A stretch of 63,998 nt of DNA, filler included, from Atractiella rhizophila (lineage: Eukaryota), in the NCBI GenBank assembly GCA_021432655.1. It is 4 parts of 4 records of this genome, joined end to end, with 100 filler letters (N's around TTAATTAATTAA, not from the genome) between each part and the next. Parts side by side here need not be neighbours in the genome. Positions count along the whole stretch, not along the records: positions 29,904 to 47,013 come from MU271882.1; 3 more parts are not named here. The stretch is one strand, 5' to 3'. Position numbers and translations under genes: made by a program. The notes below the pieces were generated by a model. It worked only from the letters and a program-made list of their open reading frames with translations. It was not told the DNA's origin and ran no database searches. Below, one piece after another: positions 35,387-47,113 of this stretch (positions are counted from its first letter, which is position 1; each line of letters opens with the position of its first letter).

Positions 35387-37017
35387 ATGCGATCATACCG
35401 TCATGCAAGCGCTGTCCGCGCCATTTTTAAGCGGTTTAAAACCCAAGGCGCGGCTCCACTTTCACCCAACCTGCATCCTATCTCGCTTCAACTTTCCGAG
35501 CAGCTTTCCTCTCAGTCCAAACTCTCTCATATGGCTCGTAATATCGAACTTCGCGCTTCTCCCCTGTCCTCTTCCACTCCGCAACGTCTTGCGTTGCTAT
35601 ATTCCACACAGAAAGAACTACTTCAACGCGCTTCCTCCTTGCGCGAAGAGCGGAACAAAATTGCTCGCACCAAATCTGCTGCCGAGGGGAGGGAAAGAGG
35701 TGCTGCTTTGAAGAAGGAACTCGCCGAGGTCGAGAGTAGATGGAAAGTGGTGAATGAAGAGATGATGAACCTTGGAGCGAAACTGCCTAATGAGACCAGT
35801 GTTGATAGCCCACAAGGCGGGTATGAGGAGTGTGAGATAGTAAAGAAGTGGTTTCCGCCTTCGTACCGATTTCAAGGCTGCGACACGAGCTCCCCAGCCT
35901 CCTCTTCTTCGACCTCTTCAACACGGATGCGGATAGGGGAGGAAAGGACGTTTCCTCTCGCAGATGAAGGACAAGACCACCTCAACCTCCTCTCCTGGTT
36001 TTCGTTTCCACACGGCGCACGGACAGCAGCCTCCTCTTTCTTCTACTCAGCATCTAGTGCCGCTCTACTTTCCCACTGCCTACAATCCTACGCCCTCTCT
36101 GTATGTCTTCAGCATGGGTATTCGCCGTTCGTTACCCCAAGCGTTGTAAAGACAGAAATCCTCGAACGATGCGGCTTCGAACCGCGAGGGCAGAGCAGCC
36201 AAATCTTCCACGTCATGACTTCCACTAGCACCACAGATTCAGAAATGGAAACACATTTGAATTCCCTCAGTCTTGCAGCAACAGCCGAAGTCCCCCTGGT
36301 CGCATATTACGCCAACAGTGTTCATCCCGCCTCATCCCTCCCTTTGAAACTCGTGGCATCAGGCCGAGCCTTCCGTGCTGAAGGAGGCGGTCGAGGGAGG
36401 GAAAGCAGAGGACTATACAGGGTGAAGGAATTTGAAAAGGTGGAGATGGTTGTTGTCAGTTCACCTGAGGAGAGTGCGGCAGAATTGGAAAGACTGGTCG
36501 AGGTGCAGAGAGAGATTTTGGAGGGGTTAGAATTACCCTATCGGTTCGTCCTCCTCCTTCTTTCTCCTCTGGATCGCCTTCTAAACCTTTGTTGATGAAT
36601 TCTATAGTGTACTCAATATGGCTAGTGCCGAGTTGGGGAATTCTGCATACAAAAAATACGACGTAGAAGTATGGATGCCAGGTCGCGGCTCTTGGGGCGA
36701 GGTCCGTTAACTCTTCATGTGGCGAACGAAGCTTACTTTCTCCCGCATTGGGATAGGTTTGTTCTGCCTCCAACTGCACAGACTTCCAATCCCGCCGCCT
36801 ATCCATCAAAACATTGCCTCCAAAAGGCTCGAAGCCAACATTCGCGCACACGCTCAACGCCACAGCCCTCGCTTTGCCACGTATCATGTTAGCCCTTGTG
36901 GAGAATGGTATGAAGGACGACCAGGGTAACAAGATCGTTGAGCTACCTCAGACGTTGAGAAGATGGTGGATTGGGAATGAGGAGGGGATGGAAGGAGAGG
37001 TACGGTGGCGAAGTTGA
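35387..37017 (+). CDS. Seryl-tRNA synthetase, probably mitochondrial (Dia4/SARS2-like)
   Basis: Basic presequence, [28 protein letters not shown]...[56 protein letters not shown]. Confidence 0.93.
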
Positions 37018-37163
37018 TTTGTGCATTGCAACCATTCTGTATTTTGTACAGCAACTTATTCATTTTTCTGGTTTGGGCAACTATTAAACGGTATTACAGT
37101 AACGAGAGCCAATCCTCCACATCTCTCTTGCCACGGGATAAAGAAGGCAACGAATCGCCCTGG

Positions 37164-38660
37164 CTATCTGTCCATTCCATGCCTACGACAAACCTCCAGC
37201 ATATCTCCAACGAAAATCTTCTCCACCCCCATCTGCTCCAATGAATCCTTTGGCTCATTCCAGGAGCTGATTGCCCTCAAGTCGGGGAATATGGTCCTGT
37301 TAGGTAGAATAGCTCCGCCATACCCGAGGACTATGAAGGAGTGGATATGAGCATAGAAGAAAGGTTGGATAACCCCTTGATATTTGCCCCAATCATCAAA
37401 TTGGATATTAATGTAAAGAAAACATGAGAGAGCTTCGGCAATGGTAGAAAACATCGTTTCGTCGCTGGTTTCGTTTTGGGAGAAGTGAAAACTGAGGTAG
37501 AACTTGTGAGAATAGGAGGAGAGCAGACTGAGGATGCTGACTGGTTGTTGGGGGTGGAAACAGCCGCTTGTGAGCACTATTTCCACTAAAGAATGTTGGA
37601 GGGAGACTGTGAATAGGTGCTCAAAAGTAGAATAGGCCATGAGGCTCTCTTCCATTAACAAATAGGTCAAATTTGTCAGTAACGAATTCGGAAGCATCGA
37701 AAGGGGAGGATACAACATTTGTCCATGTAGTCCCAGTCGTCGGAGTCTGTGTAGCAAAGGGAGGTGCTCAATATCCACCCAATCGCTCATTTCCTCCTCA
37801 TAGTTTCCCATCGACGCCAAATGAGATCCTGTGCCTAACTGAAATGACTCCAATTGGGGCATAAGGGGAATCCTGATCCTCTCGTTCCCCCCTTCCAGCT
37901 GCGCCGGTTGATGATAACTTTTGATGCTAGGAGCTATAATCTGGAGAAGCGGAGAGACATTGTCTCCGTGTTCTTGTACTGTCAGAATCTCTACCGGAGA
38001 CTCTCCAAACATTCTGACGAGAGCAATAGGAGACAGATTGGTCTCGCGCAATCGGAGCTCCTTGATGTTTCGAAAGCAGGGTATCAGCTCCAAAGCTGAA
38101 TATGGAGGGAAGTCCTCAATCTGGCCGTACAAATCTATCCTGACCAACTGCCTCGACACTTCAATGTTTGGAAGCATCGTTCTCCATCTGCAGCCGTCCA
38201 TGTCGATCACTAGAGTTCTCAGATTCGGCAGCGGCGGGAGCTCGACCTCATCCCCTGTCAGGAGACCGAAGGAAAGAGTTCGAAGGTTGGTCATCTGACT
38301 TAAGAAGGAGAGTAGAGGCGTAAAGTACACTGAATTTGACCTGTGTTCGATAAAGTTGACGGCGAGGCAAAGATCAGGACGCTGGTTCAAGATGGTGCAA
38401 AATTTGTCCAGCTGTGAACCATCGTCATTGTCAACGGATCCGTCCTCAGACCACTTTCCTCTAGCGCCAAGCTCGAAATCAGATGTTTTGATATGTGATA
38501 GGAGAACTTGGAGAGCGGTGGTGGACCATCGTCGGTTGACAAAGAGACAATTGTAAAGGGTTTTTCGCGCCAACCTCCAAAGGCGACCATCTTCATTTTC
38601 ACCAAGAGAGACCAGGATTGCCTTTAGGATTTCAGGCGGGACTCGACATTCAAAATTCAT
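37164..38660 (-). CDS. F-box/LRR-like protein
   Basis: 498-aa intronless ORF; RVPPEILKAIL...NCLFVNRRWS F-box motif followed by LRR-like repeats. Confidence 0.85.
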   Translation of the reverse strand: MNFECRVPPEILKAILVSLGENEDGRLWRLARKTLYNCLFVNRRWSTTALQVLLSHIKTSDFELGARGKWSEDGSVDNDDGSQLDKFCTILNQRPDLCLAVNFIEHRSNSVYFTPLLSFLSQMTNLRTLSFGLLTGDEVELPPLPNLRTLVIDMDGCRWRTMLPNIEVSRQLVRIDLYGQIEDFPPYSALELIPCFRNIKELRLRETNLSPIALVRMFGESPVEILTVQEHGDNVSPLLQIIAPSIKSYHQPAQLEGGNERIRIPLMPQLESFQLGTGSHLASMGNYEEEMSDWVDIEHLPLLHRLRRLGLHGQMLYPPLSMLPNSLLTNLTYLLMEESLMAYSTFEHLFTVSLQHSLVEIVLTSGCFHPQQPVSILSLLSSYSHKFYLSFHFSQNETSDETMFSTIAEALSCFLYINIQFDDWGKYQGVIQPFFYAHIHSFIVLGYGGAILPNRTIFPDLRAISSWNEPKDSLEQMGVEKIFVGDMLEVCRRHGMDR

Positions 38661-38880
38661 TCCTTTGAGCCAGTTGCGGAGGGATCTTCTAATGCTGCTC
38701 AGGTGTCGGTGGTGTCTCGAAATCGAGTCACGCGACGATCGTCCAGATGCTCCCTCACTCTGTAACCTTCAGGACCGCCATAGATTCTACTCTACTTTAA
38801 GCGATCAAGGTACATTACTTTCTTGAGCACACAAATCTTATGACCAATTTTCTCAGAAAGGGATACACATCTCAGTGAAC

Positions 38881-39462
38881 ATGGATTCCTCGTGGAGCGC
38901 TTTTTCGATCAAGAAGATCTCCTCCTCGTCCTCCCTTCCCGAAATTGAAAATACGATATCCTACCTCCACTCCCTCTCAGCACGCATCAAAGACTTCTTC
39001 CTCTCCCTAAACTCGATACAGGACACCGGCTTCTCCTCTTCCGACTTAATACATCAACTCCTCTTTCCACCCAACAACGAGGTTGTTTACCTGCTCCAAT
39101 CTTCTCAAGAGGACAAAAACCAGTACGTTGGCTGCGTTCTCCTACAGCCGCTCTCGCCTTCGTCTCAGAAGATTGAAGAATTTGGTCTCTCCCGCTGGGC
39201 TGCCACAGCTGGGGAACGAAGGATATGGTTCTTCCACACACTCATGTTGGAGCCTTCACTTCACTCCAAAGGAGTTGGCAAATGGTTTGTCCAGCGCGTC
39301 TTAGAGGATCTGGAAGAAGGAGAGAGCGTAACATTGGATTGTTGGGAAGGTAATGGGAAACTTCGAGCTTTTTATAGAGATGCTGGATTTGAGGAGATTG
39401 CGATCCTGCCGCAGGAGGATTACTGGATCGCTGTTTTTGTATGGAGGAAAGGTTCAACATGA
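38881..39462 (+). CDS. GNAT-family acetyltransferase, intronless
   Basis: Motif A LMLEPSLHSKGVGK and motif B LDCWEGNGKLRAFYRDAGF. Confidence 0.88.
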   Translation: MDSSWSAFSIKKISSSSSLPEIENTISYLHSLSARIKDFFLSLNSIQDTGFSSSDLIHQLLFPPNNEVVYLLQSSQEDKNQYVGCVLLQPLSPSSQKIEEFGLSRWAATAGERRIWFFHTLMLEPSLHSKGVGKWFVQRVLEDLEEGESVTLDCWEGNGKLRAFYRDAGFEEIAILPQEDYWIAVFVWRKGST

Positions 39463-39695
39463 ATATTGCATGAATCGCAAATGGATCTCCATATCAGTCC
39501 CAATTTTAAAAGGTTTCGTTTCAAGCGCTTCTCGTTCTTTTCACAGGGCAGCACATTGCGATGTCCAAATTCGTATCCTCTTGCACAAGACACAATGCAA
39601 ATTCAGCGACGTCAAGGATACAACAATTTGATTCGATTTCACAATCACAGGATTATACTGATATCATACCGAACTGAAAGTCGAAGAGTCGTTGC

Positions 39696-40203
39696 TTAGC
39701 TCTTGTTGACTTCTTGCTGAGCCTCTCCCTTGTCATGACGGGCACTTCCAGACCTGTACCAACAATACCACATGGGTCAATATCAAGTTGGAAAGCAATG
39801 GATGGAAGGCGACGCACATCTCCTGGCTCTTGTCTCCAGTCACGGCTCCAACGACGTTGTCGATCTTGCCACCGACGCGGTCTTTAGTGCCTTCAGCGTA
39901 TCCTTGTGCCTGTTCATCATTGCATCATGTAAACATCTTGTTGTCGACAAACAGATTGGCAAAGAGCAGAAACGAACCTGAGCGGCCTTATATTCAGCGT
40001 CACCGTCCCTCTTCTGTTGCGCACCGGACTGCTCGAGATCTTTGTATCCTGTCAAGTTGCCAATCGTTTCCTATTTCCACACCAAATGCATGATCAATAT
40101 TTGTTCCCCCTTGAGCAACGGGAGAGGAACGACGAACCTTGGCTCCTCCGACAATGGAGTTGTAGTTAGCGTTGATTTTCGAGGGCTCGTTGGTGTTGGA
40201 CAT
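39696..40203 (-). CDS. CsbD/Hmp1-like small stress protein, 4 exons
   Basis: Spliced: MSNTNEPSKINANYNSIVGGAK|ETIGNLTGYKDLEQSGAQQKRDGDAEYKAAQ|AQGYAEGTKDRVGGKIDNVVGAVTGDKSQE|...HDKGEAQQEVNKS*. Confidence 0.88.
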
Positions 40204-41111
40204 ATTGTTGAGTTGATTGGCTGTTTCTGGTTAGTTGAATAAGAGTTGAGTTGTGATTTGTTGAGAGAGAGAGCGAGAAGAGAGAACGTCTTTTATAGCG
40301 GAGAAGCTGCTGAAAGAGGGGGAGTGTCTGAGAATTGGGAACGTAGAAATTACGTCACTTTAGGATTCACGAGACCTCTCCAGTTCCCGTTCCATGGTGT
40401 CGGAGCGGGACATGACGCAATGACAACAACATGCCTTTTGAGAATTGATGGGAATCGATGATGGGAGGCACCAGATTCTTCGGGAATCGTTGAGAACCAC
40501 ATGGATTAGTTATTTCAGCTGGCGCAGCTTAGGAACTTAGGAACGTAGGAACATACCTCACCTCCTCTTGACCTGCGATCGACGCAGACATTAGTAAAAT
40601 AACGACATTCTCATGCTATTGCCGCTAGAAGATGTCAGCGTATCCCTTGTATTGTGAAAGAGCATCGTTGAGAAGCTGGAGAAAAGAGGGAAGGAAGGAG
40701 TTTCGGCTTTTCTCCTACTAGCATCCTTATTGATCCATCCTGATATCCCAACCGTGAATACATCCTATATTGCTTCCTTTGTCAGGAGAAAAGAGCCGTG
40801 GCCAAATGTACCCCACTCTACATATCATAAAACAGTTCGGCACACCCCTTTTTTTCTTCGCTGGCGTGCTCGCGCTCGCTTTCCAGAACTTGGATCCGAA
40901 TCGGGAACGTCAAGATGTCCATTTGCACCCTGATAAAGGCTATGAGCCCTGGTTCAACTCCAAGAATATCTGTGTTTCTCAGCACTTGGCTCCTCATACT
41001 CCAACTCTCCACTACTAGAGGTATAAGGATGAGGTCCAACGTGGATTCTTTGACTTCTCCACCTCCATCATCTACATCCAAATTCTCAGCTGGGGGCGGG
41101 GAAGTTTGAAT

Positions 41112-41805
41112 ATGGGAAACGCCGTCTCTGCCCCTCTCACAAGCAACTGCCGCAACATTGAGTACGATCCAGAATATTTCGAGCTTGTTGCGGAATGCCA
41201 GCGCAAGGACGGCACCTGGCGCTGGTCACGCCTCTACCTCAACTACTGCGTTCACAATGTTGAAGGACAGCTCGAAGCCTCTCGAACCTGTCCTAGCTCG
41301 GCCCTTCTCATGGAACGACCGGACAAACGAAAAGACCTCACGCGCGTTTGAAACATCAGATTGGAGCAGAGGAAGAACGCAGAAGGCCACCTCATGACTT
41401 GGTTGAAGGCGGAATGTGCGATCAGAAAGTGGGGACTCTTTAGTGGAGAGTCGTTTGAATGGCATGACAGTGAGATGTTGTTGGAGCTTTGTGTGATGAA
41501 TCAGGATGGATATCTGGTCTTCTTTCATCCTAGATACGAGTGAGCACCTCATGAGGACCTCGTCTCCAGCTTTCGGCTGATGACACAGCATAAGGAACCC
41601 GCAGCCAGAATGGGAGAAGTACGCCATTGATATCTTTGACAAAGTATCGAGTGGCTATTCTTCGGACATCAATGAACACTACGAGCAAGCTCAGGCCGAT
41701 TTCTATGCATCCATCGGGGAAGCAGCGGCTGATTCCTACTCCAAACAGTGGTATGAGGATACCTTTCCCACCAAAGACAACAGACTCCTTCGAAAAGGGA
41801 CATAA
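41112..41805 (+). pseudogene. CVNH (cyanovirin-N homolog) lectin gene with an in-frame TGA at 41349-41351
   Basis: SNCRNI...LVAECQRKDGTWRWSRLYLNYCVHNVEGQL (repeat A), then RV*NIRL...WLKAEC...SEMLLELCVMNQDGYL (repeat B) in the same frame; intron ~41539-41589; stop at 41805. Confidence 0.75.
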
Positions 41806-42966
41806 AAGGGATTCTTGATGTGCTCAGGGTTTACAGATGTATACAGGAATTCTTGTTGTGATATTCGTTGATACAAACTAGCAAAGCCGAGTCGCAATAG
41901 AAGAGAATCTTGCATGAATGAAAGGAATACCGTTCAGCTCTGATTTAAAGCGCATCGTCTTTCTGCTCAGACAGCAATTCCTGATCCTAACGGCTTCTGT
42001 CGCAAGAACCCTCCACAACTTCACGAGCTTCATACTGGATCCAACTCTTCATTACTTTTTGCCCTTAGCTCCGTAGTCACTGCCGCAGTCGTGTTTGACT
42101 TAGATGCAATTGTGAAGGACTGTTCCACCAGCTGATGCGTCTTAGGTTAGGGATCTCTCACTGTCGAGCTGCGCCACCATTTTTTCCAACGCGAAGTGGT
42201 TTTAACAGAATACCAGTAGCACCGAAGCACAGGTCTTCCAAGATTGGAGATCTCAGAAGGTTTTCCTGACCTTTAATTGTCCGAACACTTGCAATATATG
42301 ACACTATACCGCTGAAACACAAAAGGAATGAGAATAAGCCTACTACTGTGTGGGATCAGGAACTTTAACAACTAAGGTTGAAATTTTACCATAGATCTTT
42401 AACAACGCGTCTTTGTACCCAGAATACAATGGCTAGCTTGTGCGGATGAGCCGGGAAACCTCGTAATAGGTCTTCCCTAGACCCCTGTAAGTTCTCAGAG
42501 CGAAATCACGTCTCCTTGCTCAGCCACAGCACTCTGATTGAGGAGTACTCATTTTGGACAAAATGATCATGAGTCTGCTCAAACGGTCACGATGATCGTT
42601 GATGAAGCGGTCGCGCACTTCCTTTTTGGGCCAAATTCTAACGAAGCGCCTCGCAACCATCCTCCGACCAATTTCCATCATTTACAAGCTTTAGGAGAGA
42701 TTAATACGAGCTGTATATCTAGTGTGAGTCCTTCTTAAGCGCTTAATATCAAAATAACTTGGGATAATGACTGTAGGTTAGTGCCATTCGCTGGGCATCC
42801 CGCCCACTGAGTTCATTGTCCATCCAGAACTGCTGGGGTGGTATTGTGCTGGATCAGGGACTGGGGGAGGTGCCGGATACTCGAGATTAGGTGGATAGTG
42901 ATATTGTTGGTGGAGTGGAATGGCTGTGGTTTGATGGTGATAGGCTTGATGTGGTGAGTACAGTTG

Positions 42967-43641
42967 NNNNNNNNNNNNNNNNNNNNNNNNNNNNNNNNNN
43001 NNNNNNNNNNNNNNNNNNNNNNNNNNNNNNNNNNNNNNNNNNNNNNNNNNNNNNNNNNNNNNNNNNNNNNNNNNNNNNNNNNNNNNNNNNNNNNNNNNNN
43101 NNNNNNNNNNNNNNNNNNNNNNNNNNNNNNNNNNNNNNNNNNNNNNNNNNNNNNNNNNNNNNNNNNNNNNNNNNNNNNNNNNNNNNNNNNNNNNNNNNNN
43201 NNNNNNNNNNNNNNNNNNNNNNNNNNNNNNNNNNNNNNNNNNNNNNNNNNNNNNNNNNNNNNNNNNNNNNNNNNNNNNNNNNNNNNNNNNNNNNNNNNNN
43301 NNNNNNNNNNNNNNNNNNNNNNNNNNNNNNNNNNNNNNNNNNNNNNNNNNNNNNNNNNNNNNNNNNNNNNNNNNNNNNNNNNNNNNNNNNNNNNNNNNNN
43401 NNNNNNNNNNNNNNNNNNNNNNNNNNNNNNNNNNNNNNNNNNNNNNNNNNNNNNNNNNNNNNNNNNNNNNNNNNNNNNNNNNNNNNNNNNNNNNNNNNNN
43501 NNNNNNNNNNNNNNNNNNNNNNNNNNNNNNNNNNNNNNNNNNNNNNNNNNNNNNNNNNNNNNNNNNNNNNNNNNNNNNNNNNNNNNNNNNNNNNNNNNNN
43601 NNNNNNNNNNNNNNNNNNNNNNNNNNNNNNNNNNNNNNNNN
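42967..43641. other. Assembly gap (N run)
   Basis: 675 N. Confidence 1.
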
Positions 43642-43800
43642 GCGTTAAACTGTGCCAAAAATCCAGTGCACATTGTTCTTGTGCTTTGAGTATGGTAGTT
43701 ACGGCGACGTCAACAAAACTTACCGTAACTAACAAAGTCTTGCACTGCGCTGAAAAGAGAAAGAAAAAGTTAAACGAATAGTGAGGGATCGTAGGAGTTG

Positions 43801-45300
43801 TACGGAAGATTCTTCTTTTTTGGGGGAAGAAATTGGTGGGTTCTCAATCGTTGGGTTTTTCTCTTCCTAATACACCTCCGACATCTTTAAATAATCTCCT
43901 CCGTTCTCCTCCGACTGTCCTGTTTCTTGTTCTTCACACCGATAGAGGAAAGCACTCGTGAGTGCAGTTATAACGATAGGTTTACCGTTTCCCCCCGAAA
44001 TGGATGTACTTAATACCCTGTAACTCCTAAGCCACAGTTCCTCCCAATTCAGCGTAACTTTCAGTAGTTGTGGACTCTGAAAATTCGCTTCCTCTTCTTC
44101 GACCCGAACATTCGACCGAATCTACCCAACCTCTAAGTCCAGAAGGAGAGGTGGCCTCCCCGAACATAGACCACCACTTCTTCTAATATCCTACCTATGG
44201 CCCGTTCTTTACCATGAGGGCAAAGTACTTCACCTTGTTTCGACTTTAGTTCTCGAAAGTCAGTTTAGGAAACCTGGGTTTCGGACGGTCTCGTAAGTTA
44301 GCTTTGTTTACAGTTGAACATAAAGTTAGAGTAACTCCTATGGTACAGTTCTATACCGTAGTAGACCCTATTACAACGTTTATACCTACTCTTTCCGGAG
44401 GTCAATCCTCCTCCTGCCTTCTACCCGTCCGCCGCTCAATATCCACGACGACTTTCCTTTTGTCAGATAGCTCGTTTCAGCCTATTCGACCTCGACCAGT
44501 GTAAGTAACTTACACACTGACGTTCACCTCCTAGTGAGAGAGGAGATAAATAGAAGAGACCATTTGCGAAAGTCTTTCGGACCAATCTCCTAAATTGTCT
44601 CCGTGTTTTCTTAGCCTATAACACGCGAGAATAACGATGACGAAGAGTTGTGAGTGTGAAGAAGAAATCACAGCCAGATAGTCTTTTACCCACCTGTCTA
44701 CTCCACAACCCGATAGACACCAAGTGTGACTAAATACAAGGGATACAGGTTTTAGCTGGACTAGGATCGGAAGGTACAGAGGAGCAGCAGCTACCGGTGT
44801 CAAGGGTGCGTAGACGCGAGTAATAAGCAATGCAGACCCTCTTGGAAGCACTACAGCAGGTGTAGTAGACGGAGGGGGGGAGTGTGCTGTGTGTTCAACG
44901 TCGGTGAACTACAACCACATAAACCTGACTAGCCTTCCCGAACCTCGCTATAATGTCTACTAAACGACGTGCTACCTAAACTGCAGAGGTTCTTGTTAGA
45001 GTAAAGCTCTATGAATGCTACAGCCCTACTTCCTTACTTTCGTTCGTGATAGCAGTCACGAACCCGCAGCTGTCCAGAGGACTGACACAAGGTAAGCTGA
45101 ATCTTAGAGTTGACAAAGGGCTACTGCTTTCGAACCTGAATCTGTTCAGACTATTACTACTTCTACGGTAAAGTCTGAGGCTCCTCGGAGGGTGCTAGCT
45201 TGTCCCAAAGGTGGAGTAGCTGGGGCTGTGGACGGACGGGATGCGAGTCGTTTTGCTATAGCTGGTCGGGAGGTAAGGATTGGGGGGAGACCACTTTAAC
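43801..45300. pseudogene. pogo/Fot1 DDE transposase, readable only as the base complement read left to right (reversed block 43642-~45450)
   Basis: Complement gives LLSEGEEAGLVSWL...PGKKWYSRFMK (CENP-B HTH), ANMDEKGLQLGGGRK, LELVTFIECVTASG, SENGWTD, LLVVDGHSSH, LPP/HTTHKLQPLDVGVFG; contains stops and indels. Confidence 0.92.
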
Positions 45301-46473
45301 TTAAATTTGCGGATTTTGCGCACCCTTGTCTCCTCCCTACAATCCACTCAAACAGGTTACCGTCCAACGAGTTGTTGACTGACCACAGCAACATTTCGGG
45401 ACATGATTGGATAGACCTTACACTTGAATTGGGGCAAGAGAGATTTGGGATATTGTGTATATTTTTGCAGAAAATCACTATTCTGTACAACACCTTATTT
45501 TCCTTAATAACTTACAGAGATGTGCAGTAATCATCTCAGTGTTTATAAGTGAAATGTGCGTATGGGTGAGGAGAATCTGAATCCAGAATTTCTAAGAGAT
45601 TGGTACAGTTTTGGGAGACTTTAATATGTAGTGTTAAAGATCCTGATCCCGTTAAAGTTCCTGATCCCACACAATACCGGTCTCTCAGATCTCGTTTTCC
45701 ATGTATACGAGATCAGACGACATGCTGGACACTTATTTTGATACAACGTTCATCCGGAACTTGGTCTGCTCACTTCCTGGAGTCTATTCATTCCAAGGCC
45801 TCCTCGCGAAATGGACGAGTGCCAACGTACGCTAAATACTCGAAAACACCCTCCAATCACTCTCAGCAGCTATACAATAGAACGAAATGTCATCCCGCTC
45901 CTATCTGAATTTGTGTCTCTTCGCAGATTGAGGATATATAATTCGACAAGGGGCACCTCCATGCATTAAAAGAATATCTTGGTAAAATATCATCTGGAAA
46001 ATCACATTAGTGACAGAGTTTTTGCTCATTTTTGATCAAAATAAGAGTTCCATGGGGTTGTGCGAGAGGGCTAGGAGACGCTGTGCATACCCATACCCTT
46101 AAAATCGGTGGAGGGACCCGGGACCGGGCAACTTGGATGGACGAATTGGATGGTTGAAAGGATTAGGATTACAAGAGTATTTCAGAAACGTGTTTGCAAT
46201 CTACGAAATAATTTACCCGTGATTTCATATACTACCGCGGTATTCTCCAGACGAAACAAGCATATAATGTTCATCGTTGCACCATCCGAGTCGGCTCCGA
46301 ACAAGGGCAAAGCTCCTGAAGGTTAAACTATCCCTGCTGGGCCAATTAGACCGTAATATTGAACAATCGACCACGATTCCATCTATCTCATTTACCTGAG
46401 GTGCCACGGCGCATCCTTCTTCTTCCTCCAGCTGTCAACTTTGACGTTGCGTTGTGGCGGTTGATTGCGCACG

Positions 46474-47013
46474 ATGGAGGCTCTCTCAATTCTCACGCCT
46501 CTTTCCTATCATGCCAGTAGTTGTGGCTACTGCTCAACGCGGGTCTCTCCCTCTGGAAACAAACTAAGAAGCGAAAAAAAGTCTTCCCTTTCTTATGGAA
46601 TGTGGGCACACCGTCTTTCACCACAGGCAGGATGTTCCCAATGCTTCATGGAAATCTTCTAACGTGGTCGCAGATGTATCAGAGCCTTATTGATAGAGGT
46701 TGGCGGAGGTTTGTTCTCTCAAGGGGTCATGGCGAGCTCACGAATGATTCAAGGATGGGATAGGTCTGGCCATTATCTGTGGGTTTTCTTCTTAAACAAT
46801 ATCAGCAATGAACTAGTGTGGCCAGGTACCATCCTGACATGGATCGCACTTGTTGTCCGCAATACGCCATTCGCCTTCTGGTAGAAGACTTCAAGCCGTC
46901 GAAGAGCATGCGACGGGTGATAAATCGATTCAACCGGTAAGCATTTCATGACCGTAGGACAGGTCTTATCCTTGGCTTAGATTTTTAATCGACGGTGGGA
47001 AAGATGAAAAGAC
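46474..47013 (+). CDS. ATE1: Arginyl-tRNA--protein transferase, 5' part (truncated by scaffold end)
   Basis: SSCGYC, YQSLIDRGWRR|SGHYL|YHPDMDRTCCPQYAIRL...FKPSKSMRRVINRFNR. Confidence 0.93.
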
Positions 47014-47113
47014 NNNNNNNNNNNNNNNNNNNNNNNNNNNNNNNNNNNNNNNNNNNNTTAATTAATTAANNNNNNNNNNNNNNNNNNNNNNNNNNNNNNN
47101 NNNNNNNNNNNNN
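47014..47113. other. Artificial scaffold spacer
   Basis: 44 N + TTAATTAATTAA + 44 N. Confidence 0.97.

Larger units (their letters stand above)
42346..45674. mobile_element. Tc1/mariner-superfamily pogo/Fot1-like DNA transposon spanning the gap
   Basis: 24-bp TIRs ctgtgtgggatcaggaactttaac (42346-42369) and gttaaagttcctgatcccacacaa (45651-45674), 23/24 match, TA on both outer sides; contains a DDE_1 transposase. Confidence 0.85.

Noticed and set aside
41349..41351. Selenocysteine codon in the CVNH gene
   Set aside because: The TGA aligns with Arg, not Cys, of the sister repeat, and no SECIS is evident.
42813..43781. Long ORFs across N runs (also 10408-10933 and 12097-12857)
   Set aside because: They are open only because of Ns.
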